From NCBI GenBank assembly GCA_964013405.1, contig CAXGWI010000105.1, positions 1-13,034 on the forward strand: a DNA stretch of 13,034 bases, in the 5' to 3' direction. The translations under genes and the position numbers were made by a program. A model generated the notes under the pieces. The model did no database searches. It saw only the letters and a program-made list of their open reading frames with translations, and was not told where the DNA came from. Origin of the DNA: an uncultured Myxococcales bacterium (GTDB lineage: Bacteria; Myxococcota; UBA4151). Shown here piece by piece: positions 6,090 through 13,034 of the stretch (its first letter is position 1; each line of letters begins with the position of its first letter).

Positions 6090-9000
6090 CTACGGTGAGT
6101 AGGGGTCGCCGAAGTCCATCTCGTGGGTCACCACACTGGCCGCTTTGACCAACTGCATCAGTTTCGTCAATTCGACGTCGACCGCATCCCGGGTGAAATC
6201 ACCGTGGGGCTCTGGACAGGCGGCCTCGCAATCTTCAACGCAAGCGGCGATGCAATGGGTGCTGCGGTCGTACATGCGCTTGGCCTTGCCGAGAAGGGCT
6301 GCGGCAGCGCCGCCGTCGAGGGCCATGTAGGTCATTCCAGAATCAGGGTCCTCGAAGGAGACGCGCTGGTTGTCGTTGAGAACGGGGTCGTCCGCACCCA
6401 CCACCCAAATGCTGTTGCTCTCGGTAAATGATGGGTCGTAGCCGGTTTGGAAACGGGCCAGTCCGAGGACTTGCCAGTACAGTTGGATCGTGAAGGTTGC
6501 GTAGGGGTCGACCACTTGCTCATGGACCGTATCCAAGGGGCCTGTGTAGTTGGGGAACTGGAGCTTCCCATCCTCCACATAGGGCCCGACTCGGCTCATG
6601 TCGCCACTCATGAGCGCCGTAGAGATCGTCTTAATCTGATCACTAAAGCTGTTAAAATACCCGACCTGCCACTCCCGAACATCTTCGGGGGTCGCCCGCC
6701 CGACGAAATTGGTCTGAGTGTCGGTGAGCGCATGGATCGCCATGATCTTATCCAAGTAGAAGCCGATGTGATGCAGGCAGTCAGACCAGAAATAACCACA
6801 ATCGCGCTGCCCATTGTAACCATAACTCCAACGGGTGGAATAATAGCGAGCGTCTGCAACGCCTAGATCGATATCCGCACCGCTCACATAGGGCCACTCC
6901 TTCAACATGCTGTTACCTTCAAAATCGGTTTCAGGACCGTAGTCTGTCACGTCTGGCATCAACATAGTGCGGACCAAATGGTTAAAGGCTGCCTGGATCG
7001 CGAAGGTCTGTGTCCCCCAGCCATTGGTGGTGTTGCTGAAGAAGGCCTCAAGTTCCTCGCCCGTGTAATAGCGCTGCATGATGTTTTGATAGAGCCCATA
7101 GACGTCATGCCAACTCTTCAGGCGATCATAAATCCGGGAATAGTTACGGGGGACGTAGTTCCACCAGAAGTAGGAGGAACTAATCTTACCCCGAGGAAAT
7201 GCCCGGGTGATGTACCAAGTGTCATAAGTGTCGAGGAGTCCCATGATGCGCTCCGCCGGATCAGCGCCCCAATCTCGAGTCAGGCAGGAATCGCCTAGAT
7301 TGTAGCGATTGTGGGAGCAGTAGACATAAGGCACTCGCTTCTTACCATTGTGGGGTCCCGCGACGGCTTCCACATAATCGGCATCCATATGGGCCACCTT
7401 CGCCCAACTGCGATTATCATCGCGCCACAGGTCATCTCCCATCAGATCGTACCAGCGGGTGTAGTGGAAGGCCGTCGGGACTTCGCCCCAACGCATGACT
7501 TCACCATCATCAGCAGCCCAATCTTGGAGGACGTAGTCCTCAACCCCGTGGTGATCCTCGAAGACCTCCACCAAGCCACCATAGCCCCAGTAAATCGCAG
7601 CCCGGTCGTATTTACCCAAGCCCGTACCATCGATCGTGTAACGTCCTGCGTAATCCATCACTGAAGTGTAACCGTAGTTGTACAGGCTACCGTTGATTTC
7701 ATCCTCAGTGATCGGGTCCGCGTTCTCACCCACCCGAGGTCCCACGGTGCCGTCAGCCGCACGCAGTTCCCAGTACTCGTTGTGATAGTTAAGGGCATCA
7801 TCACTGGCGCCAAAGTTGTGCATCAGTCCGATGGAGTGTCCCACTTCGTGGGCAATCACCGCACGGTAAATCCGATAGCGGACGGCATCATAGATCTCAC
7901 TGGGACTCATGTTTCGCCCAGCGTACTCTCGAGCCAGGCCCAAAAGCGCGTCGTCGGCCATCGAGGCAAGATACATATTCCGGCTTGCAGCATCCTCCTC
8001 GAAGAGTCGCTGTTTGAGGGTCAAATCGTTCCGAAAGGCCGCTGTTAAGGGCGAAAGAACCTCCGCCTGACCTGGATCCAAAGTCATGTTGGGGTCGATC
8101 CCCATGGCGAACTGCATGTCTGGTGTCATCAGCATACCTTCCACCTGACTTCCGCGCAGACTCTGCAAGCGGGCCTGAGCCCGCCCGTCTTGGGGTTCGA
8201 TCATGCCGTGACGATGGGCATTGGGCAGAACCTCCTCGGCCAGCCAAGCTTTGAAGCCATGCTCGTTCTGAAAGGCAAGGTCCTCAGCACCTGGTTTGCG
8301 CTCCCGCCCGGCCCAAAATCGAGCCGCAGGGCTCTCCTTCGTGATCTTCTCAACCATGTGTTTGGCATCGGCGAGACTAAAGTCCTTACCTTCCCGCCCC
8401 TGGGAGAACTTCTCCCGCCAATCGCTCAGATCCAAACCATCGATAAAGCGACGATTGTCCAAACCGTCCGTCAGCAACAACACCATCTGGGTCACATCCC
8501 AGGCTGCGGTGTCATTATGGTGATACACATAGCCCATCCCACTGTGGGTCTGGCCTGTCTCAGGGTCTGTATTCGAGGGACCTAAACCGAGCAAACCATA
8601 GGTCATGTAGTCAGCGACGTAGGCAATGAAGGAGTAGCGAATATCACCCAAACGCGGATTATCCCCCACCTCACCGCAAACCTCAGGATCCCCCTCGATG
8701 ATCGGGTTGTGGGGGCAGACGACGAACATCTTGCCGCCGGGAGGCATCGTGGCCCCCAACTCTTCAATCATACCGCTGAAGACTTCATCATAGTCTTCGG
8801 CAACATCTCGAATCACCTCATGTAAAACACCATCGATCCGCTCCCGGCAGGCAGCCTGTTCATCCTCGGGCTTCGCATCGCAGGCGGCAGCGTCCGGCGG
8901 AAACTTAGGGTTCACGTGATAGACGATGGGCTTGGCAGTACGCTCCTCCATGGGCAGCGGATCACCGAAGTTATCGGCACTCTCATCATCCACGACGGTC

Positions 9001-9902
9001 TTTTCCCAGATGTTGTGGCGATTCCGCCAACGCTCACGGTTTTGCTGGCGAATCCCCTCCTGACCATCGTAGGCGAAACGGTCTGTCCAGAAATAGCCGA
9101 AATGATCCGTCTCTTTACCCTTGTAGGGCGCGGGCTCATAAGGGTTGTTGACTGGAACCTTCATGAAGCTGTTTCGGATCGTATACATACCAGGACCGCA
9201 TTCTGAGAATTGGGTATCGTAGAACCAGCAAAGGGGGACCCTACCCCAGGAACCGTAGTCCCGGGTGGCAGCCTTGGCGAACATCCGTGTCGTCACGTCG
9301 AAGTAATCCAAGGTCTTGGCGTCACCATCGCCGTCGTAATCAAAGAGCGGTGCATCTGCATGCCCCTCGGTCTGGACGAAGTAGCTCACGGGCTCACTGG
9401 CTTCTCGGTCAAAACTCTGATCCGCCATCACGACCAAATTCTTGGACCAGTCGACCCGCATATAGGTACGCTCGTGCCAAGGGCGGTCGATCGCGTTTTC
9501 ATCGATGATGTTGTAAGTTTCGCCGGTGGCAGGATTGTAAGGCTGGCCGATGTCAAAGTGCTTTTGGATCGCAAAAGCGCCCACCAACTCACCTTCGTAA
9601 CTGGCACCAAACTGGGCCAAGTCGTCGCCATCTTTGATGATCTCGGTATGCCGACGCACATAGAGGTAGCGCTCCTGAATATCGAAGCGAACCTTCTGCA
9701 ACTCCCAACTCCCGTCACCCACGAAGGTAAAGCCGTCGGAAGCTGGGACATCGACCACCGTGCGCCCATAGAGCCAATAGCCATCCAGATCGCTCTTTTG
9801 GATGTAGTTAGGCTGCACCCGATTGACGGGATCAAGCGATTCGGCACAACCACCCACGAATGCGACCGGGACGAGAAGGAGAGAAAGGGAATACCGAGAC
9901 AT
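6090..9902 (-). CDS. Large zinc-dependent metalloprotease lipoprotein, metzincin clan (EcxA-like/DUF4953 'Met-zincin' type) (~1270 aa)
   Basis: Start moved to ATG 9902, which has GGAGG 5 nt upstream and gives the signal peptide MSRYSLSLLLVPVAFVGG-C (lipobox). Zinc motif HEVGHSIGLMH-NF (HExxHxxGxxH, 7818-7850). Met-turn TSVMDY (7650-7664) followed by GLGKYDRAAIYWGY. Upstream family motifs KPIVYHV and GPSNTDPETGQ. Confidence 0.9.
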   Translation of the reverse strand: MSRYSLSLLLVPVAFVGGCAESLDPVNRVQPNYIQKSDLDGYWLYGRTVVDVPASDGFTFVGDGSWELQKVRFDIQERYLYVRRHTEIIKDGDDLAQFGASYEGELVGAFAIQKHFDIGQPYNPATGETYNIIDENAIDRPWHERTYMRVDWSKNLVVMADQSFDREASEPVSYFVQTEGHADAPLFDYDGDGDAKTLDYFDVTTRMFAKAATRDYGSWGRVPLCWFYDTQFSECGPGMYTIRNSFMKVPVNNPYEPAPYKGKETDHFGYFWTDRFAYDGQEGIRQQNRERWRNRHNIWEKTVVDDESADNFGDPLPMEERTAKPIVYHVNPKFPPDAAACDAKPEDEQAACRERIDGVLHEVIRDVAEDYDEVFSGMIEELGATMPPGGKMFVVCPHNPIIEGDPEVCGEVGDNPRLGDIRYSFIAYVADYMTYGLLGLGPSNTDPETGQTHSGMGYVYHHNDTAAWDVTQMVLLLTDGLDNRRFIDGLDLSDWREKFSQGREGKDFSLADAKHMVEKITKESPAARFWAGRERKPGAEDLAFQNEHGFKAWLAEEVLPNAHRHGMIEPQDGRAQARLQSLRGSQVEGMLMTPDMQFAMGIDPNMTLDPGQAEVLSPLTAAFRNDLTLKQRLFEEDAASRNMYLASMADDALLGLAREYAGRNMSPSEIYDAVRYRIYRAVIAHEVGHSIGLMHNFGASDDALNYHNEYWELRAADGTVGPRVGENADPITEDEINGSLYNYGYTSVMDYAGRYTIDGTGLGKYDRAAIYWGYGGLVEVFEDHHGVEDYVLQDWAADDGEVMRWGEVPTAFHYTRWYDLMGDDLWRDDNRSWAKVAHMDADYVEAVAGPHNGKKRVPYVYCSHNRYNLGDSCLTRDWGADPAERIMGLLDTYDTWYITRAFPRGKISSSYFWWNYVPRNYSRIYDRLKSWHDVYGLYQNIMQRYYTGEELEAFFSNTTNGWGTQTFAIQAAFNHLVRTMLMPDVTDYGPETDFEGNSMLKEWPYVSGADIDLGVADARYYSTRWSYGYNGQRDCGYFWSDCLHHIGFYLDKIMAIHALTDTQTNFVGRATPEDVREWQVGYFNSFSDQIKTISTALMSGDMSRVGPYVEDGKLQFPNYTGPLDTVHEQVVDPYATFTIQLYWQVLGLARFQTGYDPSFTESNSIWVVGADDPVLNDNQRVSFEDPDSGMTYMALDGGAAAALLGKAKRMYDRSTHCIAACVEDCEAACPEPHGDFTRDAVDVELTKLMQLVKAASVVTHEMDFGDPYSP

Positions 9903-9907
9903 CGGGT

Positions 9908-9912
9908 CCTCC
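9908..9912 (-). promoter_or_regulatory. Strong Shine-Dalgarno of the metalloprotease, adjacent to the upstream stop codon
   Basis: Minus strand TGA-T-GGAGG-ACCCG-ATG. Confidence 0.8.
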
Positions 9913-9913
9913 A

Positions 9914-11062
9914 TCAAAGCTGGTAACTGAACTCGAGGCTCAGCATGGTGAAACGATTGTAGAGGTAGGCATAAGATTCAGCATCGGGCCTCAGTTGTGG
10001 ACCTGCAGTCGAATAGCCCACGGAGGCGCCGAAGCCAGACCAAGGTCCCAGCGCAGCGCCTAAACTAAAGGCCTGGAAGTAGCGGGTGGTCACCGGGTCT
10101 TCCACTCGACGATAACTAATCATCGGGTCATCCACGACCATGGGATAGACTTCAGTGGCTGAAAGCCCCCCACCAAGGGAGAGGCTCAGCCAGGGAAGCG
10201 CCTTCACATTGGCCCCCAGGCTCAAACTCGTTTTGTAGCGATTGTTCGGACTGCCATCGTGAACAAAGAAGCCCGCACAATCGTCCGGCATCTCCACAAA
10301 GGCAGAGAGGCCCTGAACACAAGCCGGGCCAACGGCTCGAGCTGTGGTGCCTTGTTGCGTCGCCGTCTGATAGCCTGTCCAACCCAAGCCTAGACTCACC
10401 CCGCCGTTGACGCCGCCGATGCTCAGGGCCCGAGACATGGAGCCCCGGGCAGTTGCACTGAAGGTTTGCCCTGCGAATTGGCTGTAGGGACTGAGCCCAA
10501 GGGCGAGACTACCCGAGCCGCTCAATTTTACGCCCGTCCCGGGAATCTCATAGCTGGAACTGGGGCGGACACTGACTGAGGGGTCGCCGAAACTCGAGGT
10601 CTGACCATCGTCTGCCCGAGTCAGTTGAGTCGAAAAGCGAAGATCGGCGGCAAGGTGAACGTAGGGCAACCGATACTTCGGTCGCAGAGAAAAGCTCATG
10701 GCCGTGTACGGATTGTAGGTGAGCAGAGCATCGCGCTGCAGGTTAACCATACGAGCGACATTGCCCCAATGCACGGAAGAACCAGCCCAAGGCGGCTTCG
10801 GAGCACTGGTGGATCCCGCCGAAGTCGGTGCACGCTTCTTCGCGGCGCCGGCCGAAGCCGATGATCCAAAGACGTTTTTAAAGCTCCGGCTTTCTTTCGC
10901 CTGGCTGCCTTCAAGGTCGAAGGCTTTATCCTCGTCCTTCTCGTCTTCATCTTCTTCTTCGATTTGTGCTGGCGCCAACGGCAACTGCACCGGTTCGGCC
11001 ACGGCAGAACCCGCACGAATGCACGCGAACGTTAGCACCAAAACGATCGTCGAGTGTCGCAA
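9914..11062 (-). CDS. Hypothetical outer-membrane beta-barrel protein (382 aa)
   Basis: TTG start with AGGGG SD-like element and an in-frame TAG just upstream. Signal peptide ending AVA. Acidic/low-complexity N-terminal extension (EEEDEDEKDEDK). Then many Ser/Gly-rich amphipathic strands (AMSFSLRPKY, VKLSGSGSLALG, YKTSLSLGANV, WLSLSLGGGLSAT, GFGASVGYST) and a beta-signal-like end MLSLEFSYQL. Confidence 0.78.
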   Translation of the reverse strand: MRHSTIVLVLTFACIRAGSAVAEPVQLPLAPAQIEEEDEDEKDEDKAFDLEGSQAKESRSFKNVFGSSASAGAAKKRAPTSAGSTSAPKPPWAGSSVHWGNVARMVNLQRDALLTYNPYTAMSFSLRPKYRLPYVHLAADLRFSTQLTRADDGQTSSFGDPSVSVRPSSSYEIPGTGVKLSGSGSLALGLSPYSQFAGQTFSATARGSMSRALSIGGVNGGVSLGLGWTGYQTATQQGTTARAVGPACVQGLSAFVEMPDDCAGFFVHDGSPNNRYKTSLSLGANVKALPWLSLSLGGGLSATEVYPMVVDDPMISYRRVEDPVTTRYFQAFSLGAALGPWSGFGASVGYSTAGPQLRPDAESYAYLYNRFTMLSLEFSYQL

Positions 11063-11134
11063 CTACACCCCTAAGCTTCAGTTTACTAGCAGATCAACCC
11101 AGCCAGCGCCCATAGCTAAAGCCATTTTTTATAA

Positions 11135-11170
11135 GCGGAAGTTTTCGATCGAACACATCGATTCTTCCGC
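11135..11170. other. Intergenic interrupted inverted repeat (possible terminator hairpin or operator)
   Basis: GCGGAAG (11135-11141) pairs with CTTCCGC (11164-11170), and inner TCGAT (11145-11149) pairs with ATCGA (11157-11161). It lies in an AT-rich spacer downstream of the M60 gene; the minus-strand tail is TTATAAAAAA. Confidence 0.4.
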
Positions 11171-11211
11171 ATAAACAGCATTCAGCGTGTTGAATCCTTC
11201 ATTATGCCAGT

Positions 11212-11310
11212 CTAGAGTCGTCGTCTGCTTTGGCGCCGTCGGAGCACAAGAACAAGGAGCCCATAGAGCCCCAAGCTCACAGGACTCGCCCCCGAACAAC
11301 CGCAACCGCT
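11212..11310 (-). other. MYXO-CTERM protein-sorting signal (coding segment)
   Basis: SGCGCSGASPVSLGLYGLLVLVLRRRQSRRRL: GCxC motif, short spacer, TM helix, Arg cluster at the C-terminus. Confidence 0.88.
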
Positions 11311-13034
11311 AGGCAACACCTCATCCTCTGTCGAATCGTCACCAGGACCGACTGGAGGCTCCAAGTCTGGAATCTCCGTACACACACTCGGTGCGTTCCA
11401 AGAACAGTCCCAACCGGTCTCAATCTCGCAATTCCCATCGCAGCCATCACCCCCTACCGCGTTGCCATCATCACAAGCTTCCGGCGCCCACGGCCTGCCA
11501 TCGCCGCATTGGTTCGTATAAGCCTGAGTCGGGTCCTCAAGCCAGTGGGGCCGCTCGGCCATCTCCGGACAGACATGATCACTCAGGGGCAGACCCCACG
11601 CGGTGATGAAGGGGCAGAGGTTCACGCCCGCCTTCTCCGAGAGTGTCAGCATCAATAGATCGATGCGTTCTTGTTCACTCGAGGGGCGCTCTGCTTCCGG
11701 AAGGTCCCGATAATAAGCAAAGGTCTCTTGATAGAGCTCCCAACCAAAGTGCTCCTGGAGTTGTAGAAAGAACTCTAAACCGATCCAAGGATCCCATTGG
11801 CTGTAATCAGCCCCATTGCTTATGTAGGCATCGAAACGTTCGGCCCGGGCATCGCTCGTGATCGCAGGGTGGGTGTTCCCGCTGGCCCGACCGACCACCA
11901 CCTCCATCACATAGACGCTCCAAAGATTACAGGTGACCTCCGTACTGTGGGGAATCATCCAGTCCGCCCACTGGTGGTTGTGTCCCAGCTCGTGAAACAT
12001 GCCCCAATTACCCTCACTTCGTAGGGTGGCGACATCGAGGGCTTCATCGTCGTGATGCCGATGCCCCATAAAGGGATAGCCCGAATGGAGATAACCGGCG
12101 CTGATTTGCTGATCGGCCACCATGCGTTCTTTGCGGCGCCGCTCCGGCATCGCCGCCAAGACCGCGTCGGCCACCAACACCTCGTCCCAAAAGCGTGCCA
12201 CCGCTTCAGGGTCATCCAGATCCCGCAAGTGGATCGACTCGGCCGTGATCACATAATGGTCACTCTCGATCTCGCCCCAGGGCCCAGGAGCCTGCCTTGA
12301 AGCCTCCCAATCGGCCGCGCTCGTCAGGCCCAACACGAAGCGAGGCGCTGCCACCACATCGGTGAAACTCACCTCGACGACGCCGGCGTCCATCCCCGCA
12401 GGGACCGTCAGGTAGATCAAGCCCCCGAAGGCGCTCGCAAATCTTTGATTCGCCGCGATGACCTCTTCCCTGCGGGTGATCCTTGGGTAACGTTCCCAAG
12501 CCTCTTTGCCACCGATGTCGTCGGTATGGGCCCCGATGAGTACCTCAACGCCACGCCCATGCAGGTCGGCCGGTAGATCCACCCGAAAAACCTGGCCCGG
12601 GACTGCGTAAAAGCCCGTCGACTTCATGACCTTCGCCCGGGCGCCAGCATACAAACGACGGCGGTCCATGGCCGGCGCGTTTTCCAACTCCAGGCCGATC
12701 ACTTCGCTCTGGAGCCCGGTGCCCTCTGGGACCGCCCCTGGGAAGACCGATGCACTCGGGCTGGCGGTCACTTGCGTCGCAGGCCGCTCTTCAGCCAACT
12801 TCATCTCCAGCTCCGCGAGGACCCGTCGGATCGGCTGCGCCTCCTTGCGCAATGGGTTTTCGGGGCTGATCACAAAGGCATCGCCGCTCCCGGTTCGCAA
12901 GGCGTCGACCTCAGTAAAAAAGTCGAAACTCCAGGGCAACCACCGAATCGCCGAGCTCAAAGTTCGGGCGGCGATTTGTTGGTCGGCCAAAACCATGGCC
13001 CGCTCCCCGTCCACATGGGCGATCATCGCCACCA
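11212..13034 (-). CDS. M60-like (enhancin/TCAF-type) metallopeptidase with Cys-rich repeat and MYXO-CTERM anchor; 5'-partial
   Basis: Frame is open to the window edge. KSTGFYAVPG (M60-like N domain), APGPWGEIES, QISAGYLHSGYPF, gluzincin motif WGMFHELGHNHQ (11980-11994) with downstream E in TEVTCNLWS, and NLCPFITAWGL. Repeat CGDG..EACDDGNAVGGDGCDGNCEIETGWDC. C-terminal SGCGC + hydrophobic helix + RRRQSRRR. Confidence 0.92.
   Translation of the reverse strand, partial: VAMIAHVDGERAMVLADQQIAARTLSSAIRWLPWSFDFFTEVDALRTGSGDAFVISPENPLRKEAQPIRRVLAELEMKLAEERPATQVTASPSASVFPGAVPEGTGLQSEVIGLELENAPAMDRRRLYAGARAKVMKSTGFYAVPGQVFRVDLPADLHGRGVEVLIGAHTDDIGGKEAWERYPRITRREEVIAANQRFASAFGGLIYLTVPAGMDAGVVEVSFTDVVAAPRFVLGLTSAADWEASRQAPGPWGEIESDHYVITAESIHLRDLDDPEAVARFWDEVLVADAVLAAMPERRRKERMVADQQISAGYLHSGYPFMGHRHHDDEALDVATLRSEGNWGMFHELGHNHQWADWMIPHSTEVTCNLWSVYVMEVVVGRASGNTHPAITSDARAERFDAYISNGADYSQWDPWIGLEFFLQLQEHFGWELYQETFAYYRDLPEAERPSSEQERIDLLMLTLSEKAGVNLCPFITAWGLPLSDHVCPEMAERPHWLEDPTQAYTNQCGDGRPWAPEACDDGNAVGGDGCDGNCEIETGWDCSWNAPSVCTEIPDLEPPVGPGDDSTEDEVLPSGCGCSGASPVSLGLYGLLVLVLRRRQSRRRL

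Noticed and set aside
6090..9902. Interpretation as an EcxAB-type AB5 toxin
   Set aside because: It shares only the metzincin motif type. The protein is far larger, is lipid-anchored, and no small B-subunit gene is adjacent.
9903..9917. TTG 9917 / ATG 9914 as the protease start
   Set aside because: ATG 9902 has a perfect GGAGG at 5 nt and gives a canonical lipoprotein signal peptide. The longer starts add an acidic MEDP leader.
9210..9926. 238-aa + strand ORF (and similar ones at 3222-3821, 4595-5056, 4824-5357, 10719-11174, 11230-11658)
   Set aside because: They lie antisense to well-supported genes, as expected in GC-rich DNA, and show no recognisable domains.
11021..11023. Cys in TFAC of the 382-aa protein as a lipobox
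   Set aside because: It is followed by IRAGSAVA-E, a better signal peptidase I site, and the C-terminus looks like an integral barrel. Not fully excluded.
11195..11210. Minus-strand CTGGCATAATGAAGGA as a sigma-54 promoter
   Set aside because: Good -24 box (TGGCA), but the required GC at -12 is absent (GA).
1..13034. CRISPR arrays, tRNA/rRNA, transposases, integrases or defence systems
   Set aside because: No regularly spaced repeats, RNA gene signatures or corresponding protein motifs were seen. The spacers are too short to hold such elements.

Overview
GC-rich bacterial DNA, most likely Myxococcota (MYXO-CTERM sorting tail, myxobacterial Cys-rich CGDG..EACDDGN repeats, PEGA protein). The window opens with the 3' end of a + strand DNA topoisomerase III-like gene. 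The rest is seven co-oriented minus-strand genes, all predicted envelope or exported proteins. In transcription order: a 5'-truncated M60-like metallopeptidase with a Cys-rich repeat and MYXO-CTERM; an unannotated outer-membrane beta-barrel; a ~1270-aa metzincin-type zinc metalloprotease lipoprotein; a helical-domain + small beta-barrel protein; a CrtQ/HpnB-like GT2 membrane glycosyltransferase; a Cys-repeat + fibrinogen-like lipoprotein; a PEGA/coiled-coil/beta-barrel protein. The best candidate for an undescribed system is the tightly linked beta-barrel + giant lipoprotein protease pair, possibly a dedicated surface-display or protease-pore module, within a cell-surface proteolysis/adhesion locus. 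All family calls come from motif recognition by eye, not searches. I found no RNA genes, CRISPR arrays or mobile elements.
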